Assembly (NCBI RefSeq): GCF_008831285.2 | Contig: NC_045138.2 | Span: 1,860,001 to 1,924,000, forward strand | Length of the DNA: 64,000 bases | Source of the DNA: Nymphaea colorata | Taxonomy: Eukaryota | Reading direction: 5' to 3' | Part shown: one piece after another, positions 14,245 through 26,370 of the stretch | Layout of the letters: every line of letters begins with the position of its first letter | Numbering within the stretch: the stretch's first letter is position 1 | Notes under the pieces: generated by a model | What the model was told of the DNA's origin: nothing | Seen by the model: the letters and a program-made list of their open reading frames with translations, nothing else | Databases searched by the model: none | Translations under genes and position numbers: made by a program

Positions 14245-14869
14245 TTCGCTGCAGCAATTCATGCCTTTTTGGTTGTCCAAATGAAGCACAGTTTTGTGAT
14301 TTTATTCACATTCTTGCTTACATCTTGTTTTTATGTTTTCTTTCATCATTTCATCTGTATGTAATCTATCTATCTGCACACTAACTCCATGGATTTTCCT
14401 GCAATGTATTCTTTTCACGTAGAAGTGAAGAGTAGCAAGCATCGATACCGTTTACTTCTTCTTTGCTGTTTCTAAATTCGAAATCAATTGAGTCCGTCGA
14501 TTGCTCGGTGTTGGTAACTAGCCGGAGCGAAAAATTCTTGTTCCAGTTTTATATTACATTTAGATAGCTGCTACTTAAATATGTCGGTTAGTGTTTTTGT
14601 GAAGAATTTTAAAGATCTAAGCCAACATAAATGAATTCAGAAAATAAGAAGAAAAAATATGCAGAAACCGTTTGGCTTTTCAACCACGTGAAGTCATTTT
14701 CGGTGAATTCTGTTGCATGGACGCAGTCAAAATGTCCATGTCGCTCAGACATGAACATCTAACGCATGGTAGGACGAACTGACGAATATAAATCATTAAA
14801 AATGAATTTACTTTTTGTATTTTTATTTTACTTTTACAGTTTCGGACATTTCCGATGCAACCCTGCGCA

Positions 14870-15620
14870 GGGGACAGACCTCCCACTTTTATTTCAATAA
14901 ACAAACCGAAAGCTTTTCATGGTCCTTATAAAAGACAAGCTAAAGACTGTACATGACAGCAAAACAAGAAAACTCAGGAGATAGATGCTCCACAGGAAAA
15001 CTTGGAAACATCATAAACTCAGTAGCATTTGCAGAGAGGTTTCACAATAGAGTAACCGGGGTTGCAATTCAGAACAACAACATGGTCCCTCTGATTTCCG
15101 TATGACATCCGGTGAAACAGGTTGCTGTTGGAGGGGAGATCTACAAAAATGTCTCCATTTGCTGAAACTGGGAATAGTAACAACAGTGGTCGGCTTGCGC
15201 AAAGAGATAGAGGTCATCCCACACGAGGAACAGCTCCCCTCTGGTCGGGTTTCACCGTGCAGCAAGATCATATAGGGGAGTAGAAAATCTCTAGATCGTT
15301 TACTCACAGCGATTTGGAAGTATACTTGTTGGACCATAGGAAGAACAGGAGGGGATGGAACAATATCCGATCTCCACCATGTCAGAAAATCATGTTCAGA
15401 TCCCTTACCCAGTAGAAGGGCTTGAGCATGAACATCATGTAGGACGCCTCCACAGACAGCAGCCGGAATTAGTGACTGGTCATGGAAGACTTTGTGATTT
15501 CATGCTTGCCAAATCTTCCAAACAACAAAAGGGAGGATCATGATTCATGCGCCACAGGTCAAGCATCCATCCTCGTTTGAAAGCAGTTGAGTACCATCTA
15601 ATTATCCCTTGAAGTACGCC
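14870..15620 (-). mobile_element. 5'-truncated, degenerate LINE (L1-like) 3' fragment
   Basis: Minus strand reads ILPFVVWKIWQA*NHKVFHD, the WxIWxxRNxxxF motif at the end of plant LINE ORF2, with a stop; a T-rich 3' region and aataaaagtgggagg follow. Confidence 0.65.
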
Positions 15621-16849
15621 CCTCTTGAAATCAAAGTGTCTATATATTAAGATAATTGCAAGAAATTTTTTGATTACATCGATTCTTATTTCTCAATGGT
15701 ATTCTACCATCGAGATAATTAGCTGAATCCTGTGAAACTATTTCATAGAAGTTCATTGATTTATCCAAATCACTTCATTCTTTTTTTGTTCAAGCCACAT
15801 CTCTTTTCTGTTTAAGCCACTTATTTTTTTTCTTTGTAAAGCTGTTATTGGATAATGAATCTACCCTAAAAAGGTTTATGAAACACTATAACACAATGTT
15901 TTATAAACATATTCTAATAGCATTAATATGTAGATGATGGAACTTTTAAATTTTTTTGTGATTTTTATTTTTTTTTAATAATTGTGAACATTTGGTCAAG
16001 AAGTTGAAGTAGAAGCTTAACAAATAAAAAAAATCCATAAAAAGTTAATATAAATAGGAATTTATTGTGGGTATGTACGTGCAATGCCTCACACGGTGGC
16101 TGATCGTACGGCTGGTTTAGCCAGATTTTAGAAGTTCTTGGTAAGGCAACCATAGCATTGTCATGCAATTGGTTTAATTTATATAATGAAAAAATCATAA
16201 AACCGGTTTAGAATCTGCTTTGGGGTGGTACCAAGAGTACGTCAAAAAATTAAAATTAAATGGTTGGATGACTTTGAAAAGTCAAAATGAAAAATTGGAA
16301 CGTGGACGTTTTGCCTGTTGTTTTTTTTTTTTTTTTCATCAAACGAACAGCCATAATTGTTGTGTAGCTGCTACAAATTATTTATTATTATGTAACAAGT
16401 CAACTTTTCTTTATATATATATATATAAAGAGAAAGAAATAGAGGAAGAACGACAAAAAGAGCAGACATAAAATGAGAAAAGAAGTATCCTAGTTATAAT
16501 AATAAACCGTAAAAAAAAAACAAAAGAGAAAATTTACAATAAAACTCATAAAAAAGCGAAATAAGAGGAGTGAGAAGAAAGTGGAAGGACGGAACGACAT
16601 CATCACTCAGCCACAGAATGAGGACACTGCCGCAGCCGAACGACAAAATGAACATGTCCTTGCACAAGCCGAGCGATGGATACCGACGAAGAGAATGTGC
16701 TCCTGAAGACCCTGTTGTTGCGCTCTTCTTAAATGCGCTACCAAACTGAAATGAGCTACAACTTTCAAATACAACCCCAAAAAACAATCAAATTGGAAGA
16801 GAGACAAAAACAACACAAAAGCATTGAGAACCGTGTATGGTGCATAAAT

Positions 16850-17519
16850 AAAAGATATGATGCTTTTCGTAACTATAACCATTGATGCGTTTAGCAGCAA
16901 ATTATAATATTTTCAATGACGGTTTTTTAATTTTTAATCACATGACAACTTTCAAAAATTATATATATATATATATATAATCGTGAAATATGCCAGATTT
17001 TGGGGTGGCGTTGACTGAATAAAAAATAAAAAATCTGACACCAAAAAGTAGTTTCCCAAAAGCATTAGTATCGTGAAATAACAGTTGATGGTGTTTTAAG
17101 CAATTCCACAACATCTGCTATAAATACGTTGTCAGGTTCTTTTGCATGGAGCAATTTAACCCCTCTCTCTTTCTTTCTCTCTCTTCTTTTTATTTTGTTT
17201 TTTGTGGTTTGTTTTTGTTTTCTGTCTTCAAATTTTGTTATGCATTCTCATTTGATGGCTTTTTCTCGCACACATGCATGAACACATTCACATGAAAATA
17301 TATGAACACCAGCTGTAAATGTAGGATATTCCATACTTTGGAACCTAGTCCGGTACAAAGTTCCCAATGACTACAGGATCCAACAGCGACAGTGAAAGAG
17401 TGAAAGCGCCAGTGGGAAGGGGAAAATGTAGTCTGAATGGTCCTGCCCATCAAATACCCCGCCAGGGTCCTGAGGAGGTAGGTTGACCTTATATCCATGA
17501 AAAGTGAGAGTCACCATTC

Positions 17520-17552
<33 letters not shown>

Positions 17553-18997
17553 GAGAGGAGAAAATGTTAAAAATTAAAATTTCATCACTAAAAAAAAATC
17601 AATACATTGACAATGGTTTAAGTAACAATTTATTCAATGATGGTTTTTTAATTTTTAATCATCTGTTAATTTTCAGTCATTCGATATATATATATATATA
17701 TGTGTGTGTGTTTGTGTGCGCGTGCCCAAAAACTTGAATTATGCCAGATTTTAGGTGGTGTAGACTGGATAAAAGTAAAAAAAATCTGACACCAAAAACA
17801 TTAGTATAGTGAAATAACAGTTGATGGTGTTTTAAGCAATGGTAAATTTTAACCTTTGGACAACATCTAGCATCTGACATATCAGAATTCTCCGTATAAA
17901 CCTTGGTATAAATATGTTTCCGGGTTCTTTTGCACAAGCTACACACACACAAACACACATGCATGAACACACTCACATGAGAAGACACCAACACCAGAGC
18001 TGTAAATGTAGGATATTCAATGCTTTGGAATCTAGTCCGGTACAAGTTCTCACTGACGACGGGATCCAACAGCGACAGTGGAAGAGTGAAAGCGCCACTA
18101 GGAAGGGAAAAACATGGTCCGAATGGTCCTGCCCATCAAATATCCCGCCTGGGTTGTTTCCCTTGTCCATGTTTAAGGTGCAAGAAAACCTCTAGATAAG
18201 GACGTGAGCGGAGCTTCCAACAATCTTACTACTGCTCATTCCTGCGGACTGCCCCCCCTTCCATATGGACTAGACGCGTCCTTCTTTTTCTCACCAGAAT
18301 GCATGGGAAAATCCACTGACCAGCCGGTGGGTGATTCTGGTTCTATCTCCGCTTGGTCCCTCTTTTCATTCCCCCTTCCTTTGTTAATAAGGAGGTGAGG
18401 TTTGGGGTCGGACGGACAGGGCGGAGCGCTCCGTTGTTCACCGCGTCTTTCTAGTACAAGTCTATCTTCCGTTCTGCATTCCAGCCTTCCTTTCTGGGCC
18501 TATCCGAAAGAACTGGAAGTTCCTCTTTGTCGTGCTGAATAGGACGAATCGGCCTCCGTTGATATCTTTGCTTCTCCACTAAACAAGACGAAGACGGCTC
18601 GATCAACTGGAATGTGTATTATCCAACTAAGAGAGATTCCAATCCAACTCCTTGGAGTGGGCACCTTCTTAACTTGGCAGGGGCCTAGTCCTTTTTCATG
18701 GGAAAGCCTGACCCAACGGCCAAGCTCCGCTTCCATGACCGAGGAGGAGGTTAACCTTATATTTACATCTATGAAAAAGTGACAGTCACCATTCAATGTA
18801 TATATATATATAAAAAAAGAGGAAGAGAGAAAATAGCTACACTATGTATCAACTGTGACTGTTCCTTAAAAAAAAAAAAAAAAAAAGGCAGTGCGGTCGC
18901 TCGACATCTTGCCTGTTTTCCATTTTTTTTAACAAACAGCCTTCATATATTGGGTAGCCGCTACGCATTATTTACTATGTAGTGGCTTACTTTTCCC

Positions 18998-19087
<90 letters not shown>

Positions 19088-19960
19088 AAATGCTAAAAGT
19101 TAAAATTTCATCACTAAAAAAAAATCAGTACATTGACAATGGTTTATGGTGCATCAATGATTTATGATGCTTTTGGTAACAATTTATAGTGTTATCAATG
19201 ACGGATTTTTAAATTTTTAATCATCTAACAATTTTCAGTCATTCGACAACATCCATCCAACATATGATAAATTCACACAGATATATATTGTGTGTGTCTG
19301 AAGAATTGAAATATGCCAAATTTTGGGTGGAGTTGACTGGATAAAAATAAAAAATCTGACACCAAAAAACAGTTTCCCCCAAAGGCATTAGTAATTTAGT
19401 ATAGTGAAATAACGGTTCATGGTGTTTTAAGCAATGGTAAATTTTAACCTTTCGACAACATCTAGCATCTGACATATCCAAATTCTCCGTATAAACCTTG
19501 GTATAAATATGTTGTCGGGGTTCTTTTGCACACGGCAATTTAACCTCTCTCTCTCTCTACACACAGGCACACATGCATGAACACACACATGGAAAGAAAC
19601 CAGCATCAGAGCTATAAATGTAGGAAATTCCACACTTTGGAATCCAGTCCGGTACGAGTTCTCAATGACGACGGGATCCAACAGCGACAGTGGAAGAGTG
19701 AAAGCGCCACTGGGAAGGGAAAAACGTGGTCCGAAGGGTCATGCCCGTTGAATACCCCGTCGGGGTCGTTTCCCTTGTCCGTGTTTGCGTGTGGCCCCAT
19801 TTGTTTCGTCCCGTGAAAGGGTGGAGGTAATAAATATATGGGTCACCTTCATTCAGCGAAATTTAAACAAACTGAGGATCTCAATAGCACGAATCTAGAT
19901 CTCATGCATGTTACATGCAAGAAAACCTAAAGATAAGGAGGGAGGCTCCAACCTTATCCA
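16850..19960. repeat. Degenerate tandem triplication (~0.7-0.9-kb unit; copies ~16850-17520, ~17560-18800, ~19085-19960)
   Basis: Shared blocks aaatctgacaccaaaa, catgcatgaacac and ggatccaacagcgacagtg(a/g)aagagtgaaagcgcca recur at ~17380, ~18065 and ~19680; CACTA-like cactaaaaaaaaatc starts in copies 2 and 3. Confidence 0.85.
18203..18740. other. ~540-bp compositionally distinct insertion, possibly organelle-derived (NUMT-like)
   Basis: Absent from the other two repeat copies (copy 3 reads agataagga-gggagg directly); noticeably GC-richer and more complex than its flanks. Confidence 0.45.
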
Positions 19961-20272
19961 TGAATCTGAGATGCATGGTGATCGAAGATAGCCACAAATC
20001 CGTAGCTAGCAAATGTCATTTTAATTGATCAAATCAAATCAAATCGGTGGCGAATCTGTTCGATCTCGTGGTCGATTCAAGATAGCAGCATCTCTTTTCC
20101 CTAAAACTTATTTTTTGAAATATTATAAGAAATTTTAGTTTTTACTTAACATGTTTTATACATTTTTTTAGAAAATACTTCTTTAAAAATATTATCAATT
20201 TATATAGATTCACATGAATTGACCGATTTACTGAATTCTAAAGTAACTTTCATAGGAGGTGTTGTCGGCACT

Positions 20273-20400
20273 CAGAGGTGGAGCCAAAATTTTTTTATGA
20301 AAACGACCAAATTAAAGTTTATAAATTTTGATTAGTGCTAAACTACAATTTTTTAAAATTTTTATATAAAACAAGTAAAATTTTCTAAAATTTACATTTT
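20273..20400 (+). mobile_element. Truncated copy of the 8642-8833 MITE family
   Basis: cagaggtggagccaaaattttt...caaattaaagttt...aagtaaaa...ttctaaaatttacat aligns by eye with 8642-8765. Confidence 0.55.
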
Positions 20401-23400
20401 TTTTTTGTTTTTAATGAGACTTCCATACAATTTTTTTTCCCAGTAACCTTGAACTTAAAAAAAAATAGTGTTGTGCGAATGAGAAGTGGCCTATTTAGCA
20501 ATGATATTTACATGTATATTTTTCTTTAATATATAAAAGTAAGTTAAACTAGAATCTTTAAAATGCTTAAAAGTTAATAAAAAAATTAACAATATATTTA
20601 AGGACGAACTACCACCACTTGATTTTAATTTTTTTAGAGAATATTGGTCCTTTTTTTAATGTTATTGATCATAATAATAAGAGTTTGTACTGTGTACGGC
20701 TGAATTTAAGATGTCTGACACATTGAAAGCGCTAGATGCTACTGCATTGTCTGTATCACAAAATTTATCATGATATGGAAAAATCGGTTCTGTGCAGCCG
20801 ATTTGGTGAACAGGCCGAGTCACTGGTTTAGATGAATCGTTCGTGAATTTGTTAAGTATACTGAAAAAATAATTTAAATATATATATATATATATAATAT
20901 ATATAATTAAATTAAAAAAAATAGTGAATGAGACAAAAAAGGCAGAATCTCAAAGATGTTGCAAACAAGAATTATAAGTACAAACAAATTTTTTAGTGAC
21001 GATTCATGATCATTTAGTTACAAATTTTTAAGATAACTAAAATTTGTTGCTGAAGTCATTAGCCACGATGGTATTAATGATGGCGTATATACAAACAAAA
21101 GTTAATTATTAAAGTTTTTTTTTTTTGGTAATCTAACCTTTCATATATATGTGATCTTGATAGTGATTTGGTCAGGAACATATATCAAGTTGGTCATTTT
21201 TTTTTACCTTAATAATGATTACCGAATAACTTGAAAAAATACCATTTACATTAAATTGGTGTTTATGAACACAATATAAAATAATTTTAAATACAAATTT
21301 AAGTGATCAGGGTTTTGTCATTGATCCAAGTGGTTAAATATCTACCAATTACTCTAAGGTAGCATGTGTGAGATAATGGGTCGTCACTAGATGGCTAAAA
21401 TCTAAAAAATCGTAGTAAAAATACCACAAATCGTCGCTAAACCTACTATAAACACACACACAATACCAATTTAGTGAATGTTCTTTGTCAACAACAACAT
21501 ATAATATAACACACACACATATATATATATGTTGTTGTGCACTAGATGCTGATAGGTAGTTAAATTTTAAACATTTATCATTAAAGAACGGCTACTAAAT
21601 TAGTATTAAATTTGATTTTTGGTGTGCATATAATAAGAGATTGGTAGATAGTATACTATTAAAACTATAACTCTTAAATTTATGTTAAAAAGTGTTTTAA
21701 ACAAGATGTGAACCTTCTTATGTATTTACAAACATTAATTTAATATAAATGAGGCTTTAGTTCAACTCATTTTTTGTAAAAAGAAATCGATCTTTACACT
21801 ATTATTTTTGATCTTACAAGAGTCGTTAGGTTTTTTTTATTGTTAAAAAAAAAACATTATTTAAGCAACAGAACAAGTAACTTAATTACATGTTTGAGAA
21901 AAAAAAACATGTTTGGGAAACATCATGCTCATGCTTCTGTCAAGTCTAACTTTTAAATTTTAAAACAATATCTACAGTTATACTATGCAATCTAAAACAA
22001 ACATCTGAAAATATGGTTTAAGCATACGAGTTTTCTTTAATTAAAAATCAAATATACTGATTGAACTTAAAAAAAAAAAACTTAAAATCAGCAAATGTAA
22101 ATTATTTTAAATTTGTCGAGAAATAAGAGGCCATAAAACTAACTTTTACCTTGTACTCGTGGATTCGAGCCTCGTTTCTCTTTATTATTACTAGTAGTTC
22201 ACGCGTTTTTCGTCTCATTTTATTATGAAGATAGGCGCTTCTTACGAAACGATAACCAAAGCGTTAAATTCAGAACTTTCAAATTTATTTTTTTGCTTCG
22301 TAAATGAAGAGGAATCTTCGGGCGAGACCATTTAATGGGCTTATATTTAAATGATGTTTGAAATAAAGAAAACACAAGAGGAGCCTCGGTTTCAGGTTTA
22401 TGTGTCCACCCATTAAGAGTAAGATATTGCATCGGGTCGAGTCTGCCAAATACTGAAATCCAGGTCCGAATCAGTTCGACACCCCAAAACTTGAGCCTCA
22501 ATTTGGTCTAATTAAATTAAAAAATATATAGTTTTAATATAGAAATATAATTCATCATAATAAAATATTATAATTATATATATTAATAAAATATATATTA
22601 AAAAATTCATTGTGGTGCAATAGTGGTGCACTTGGTCGGGTTGTGACAGTTTAGTTGTCAATTTTATTTCGGTGTGCACTATGTTACTCTCGAGTTTAAT
22701 CCATAAGTTCACTTAGGTCTTGATGCATTTTTAAAACCCGAAGAGATAGGAGAAAGAGATGGCTTCGGCTTTTCCCCGAAAAAGTGGGTTTCCTTCTTGC
22801 TCGCCAAAATTGCGGAGCGGGTAACCCTGTGTTGCTTCGAGCTAGAAATTCACCGAAAAGTCCGACTCGGTTCACTAGCGTCACAATTAACACATTCTTT
22901 GTTGTTTTAATTATTTTTAAAAATATTTTAAAGCCATTCTTAGTTTTTAATTATATTAAGGGCTTAATAATTCCTTTTGTCGATGATTCGTTGATTCAAT
23001 GGAGTTCGTCGCGGAATTGATTCCATTTTGCCTTTGATTTTTTTACAACATCGGTACAACCAAGCCGTACGACTACGAGCTAGTTTTGTCTGTCAACCCT
23101 AATTCAATACTAATTTCTTAAATTCTGAAATGATTTCTAATGGTTCGGTCGATGCCTAACCTTGTTCTTAAAAATTTAAAATATTTAATAAATCCTAATA
23201 AAAAATCATAAAAATATGAAAAATGCAAAAAACAGGTATAATATGTGTATAATACACATTTTTTTCATGTTTTTTTTTAAAAGACACGTTTTGTAAGAGT
23301 ATTATACGACTGATTATGTTTTGTCGTGCGTCTTTTTCTAATAAAAAGCATTTTTTGTGACAATGATTCTAACAATATGTGAGTGTGCTCGACATTTGAT

Positions 23401-24191
23401 TTAGAAAGTCAGACTTAGTCCGCTCTCTATAATTCTAAGACCTTGTCCTTAGTAATTCTACGTTTAGGGTTTATGTATACGTTTGAGCTTATGCAAAGAA
23501 TCGACGATATAACAAATTGTTTCAAATAATTTGTCAATTTTAGAGCATATATCATTTTTTCATATTAAATTATTTATTCATGATTTTTTGCTACTTATTT
23601 ATTTTAAAAATAAATATGTTGTAATTTTTTAGCAATTTTTTAAAATGTTTATCTGGGAAAATGCTTTCAACAAAAAACCTCAACACTATATTCTTATACT
23701 TACAAAGTTTTGGTGTGTTTGGATTTAAATGAATCTATGGTATATCTTTCAACTCAAGTGTTATTAAACCAAAATGTGACAACTACGATCAGTTTTGAAT
23801 CTCCCTTTTATCTTGTTGCCCAATTGTACTGCATCACTCAAGTAATATGTTTATTAATTCACTACCATTCATTGGGTTGACTGATTCATGAAATTGACAG
23901 TCTAGCTGTTTAATTCAAAAATCAGTTTTGGTGCATGATTTTGAGTGGAAGAGAATCCTACCACCCAACCGACCTTTTGCGGCTCATTATTCTAACCAAT
24001 TGTATTATGTTCTTCAATGTTATTATATTTTCGGGTGATAGAGAATTATTCTGGCCGAGTCAAAGCCTCTCTCTCTTCTCATGTTTTTGACTTAGAACTT
24101 TTTTGAAATTTGAATGATCTTACCCTACATCTTTCAACTCAAGTGTTTTACATGTCATTGTTTGCGATTAAAAAAAAAAATAACATCTATG

Positions 24192-24279
24192 AGAATTGAA
24201 CTAAGGACATATCTCTGTCAAGAATTGAACTAAGGACATATCTCTGTCAAGAATTGAACTAAGGACATATCTCTGTCAA
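24192..24279. repeat. Perfect 29-bp tandem repeat x3
   Basis: agaattgaactaaggacatatctctgtca at 24192, 24221 and 24250. Confidence 0.95.
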
Positions 24280-26370
24280 CATGATAACATTATTTATTAT
24301 AGATAAAACATGTTTAGAAAGAGAATATTGGATCGGGTTTGATAATTCGTGGATCCGAAGTGTCCGATCCGTTTATCTCAGCCGTACGCCTTGAGCTGTG
24401 TCAGGGCGTTGAGGGGCCTCGGAAGCGCTAAACGGTTCTTGGATCCGGATCGGGTCCGACTACTCCGACCCGTTTTTTTTTTTTCCATGTCCGTGGGGCG
24501 TTGCTGGCGGTTGAACGGAGAAGAGAGGAAAAGTTATTTCCAGACGCGCCCCTTGCTGATTGTCGGTGCTCTTTTTTTAATTCCCTTTTTTCCTGTTTCC
24601 TCATTTCTTGCGTCAGAAAAAAAAAAGATTATACTCCGACCTTCATTTATTGGTCATGGTATAAATTTACAGAAGCGAGAGAGAGCTTCTTGGTCTGGGA
24701 GGAAGGAGAGAGAGAGAGAGAGAGAGAGAAAGAAGTGGAGAGTAGACGCGGTGGTGTTCATCTGTAAGAGCGAGGGAGAGCTAGGGTTCTTCTTCTTCTC
24801 TTTGGGAGTGCTGCCGAGCTGCGGATGTGGGGGGAAGAACGCTGGCTGAACGAACGAGTTCAGGGATCTGGCGGACGTCGCTTCACGAATTCGTCATTAA
24901 CGCGGTACGCGTTGAGATTGAGATCTTGTGTTATTTCGTGCTATTTTTTGGCGCATTGATCGTTTTTGCCAGTCGTCGACGAGCTTCTTGGTCAGGATTT
25001 GGGGAATTGGAGCGAATGCGGTGGAGTCGGGAAGTGGGCGGGGTGTGTCAATGGGGAGATTAGGGGAAGGGTGATTGGATCGTGAGGTTTCTTGCTTCAA
25101 GTGTTGGGGATCGTCCGTTGTCTCTTTTGTACTGATGGATCTCGTTTCCCTCTTCTCGGGCTTTTTGTTTGCTCTTTTTCTTTTTCCGGTCTGGGGTTCT
25201 TGTTAAGTTGAGGTGTGATGTTGATTTGTTGAGAAGAGGATGTTGCACTGTAGACGATTGGGATGAAATGTCTTAGGGAACTCGTCTTTTCTGCGTTAGG
25301 CTTGCAAATCTCGGCCTTTTTTATGTTTGTTTTATCGTTTATCTTGCTAATGAGCTCTTCTGGTTTGTTTCCTCTTCGATCTAAAGTCTCAGGGATATAA
25401 AATATTTGTGATGGAAAACTAGTTAAAGAATGTTAGGGTTGTTTCTCTTCCATTTCAGGAAAGGCTTTTTGCCGAGGATTTTTTTCCTTCCCCATTTCTT
25501 TTAAATATTTGTACGTTCAATTTTAGCGACATTTTTTTTGGGTCAATGAAGAGTAATTTCGGTTATTATATATGAATACTGTGGAGAGAGCAGTACGGCT
25601 ACATTACACAAAAGTGAGTGAAGTTCGTGGCACGGTTTGTTCGATGTGCTGGAACATGAAACAGATTCTACATATTTTGATCTGTTCTCTTGTTCCATAT
25701 CTGAAATGTGGATATGTCTTGCCTGCTATACTTGTTAGAGACATCTTTTGGTGGAAAGTTTTTATTGTCCAAAACGTAAAATAGAAGCAGTTGATTTTGC
25801 GTGGTACGTTGGTCAAATCACAGGAATATACTTTTTAAGTTGGACGTTCAAATATGTTCAGATAATTACATCACGAAATGCGAATGTATACGTTTAAATT
25901 TTCTGTTTCTTTTTCTTTTTCTAATTTTACTTTTAGGACTTCACTGTGTTGTTATAAGTCGACCAAATTTTATACCTTCCTTACAAGCAAGAAGCTGTTA
26001 GTTTATGACTACTTCTTTGCTGCCTAGAAGAGCAAACGCCCACTTGAGAAGTCAACGGGTGCTATCTTGTTGGTGTTTTTGTTTCGATATCTTACTTGCA
26101 TGTCCTAACTTGACTTTTTTTGTCTTTAGGTCGCGAAGGTAGATTGTATTATTGTCTGGACGTTGTTACATTTCAAAAATGCAGCCGTATTTTGGACGAC
26201 TTTCATGGCCATCTTGTAGGAAAAGGCTTTCCCTTGCCCATTGAAGATTGTGCCGTCAAGAGCCAGCCTTCGGCAATATAAATTGGAATACCTTGAGGCA
26301 AGAGGTGTTTGTTGCTGTTTAGCTAAGGATAGCAAAAGGGCATTTGATGTTGCCAGCGAAGAGAGTAGAC

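Noticed and set aside
15011..15337. 108-aa minus-strand ORF as a novel gene
   Set aside because: It continues the frame carrying the LINE WKIW..N..F motif after a stop; retroelement residue.
24192..24279. 29-bp direct repeats as a CRISPR array
   Set aside because: The repeats abut with no spacers and the context is plant nuclear DNA; this is a simple minisatellite.
24349..25248. Several ORFs of 60-166 aa
   Set aside because: They span the promoter, GA repeat and 5' UTR/first intron of the transporter gene; low complexity, no motifs.
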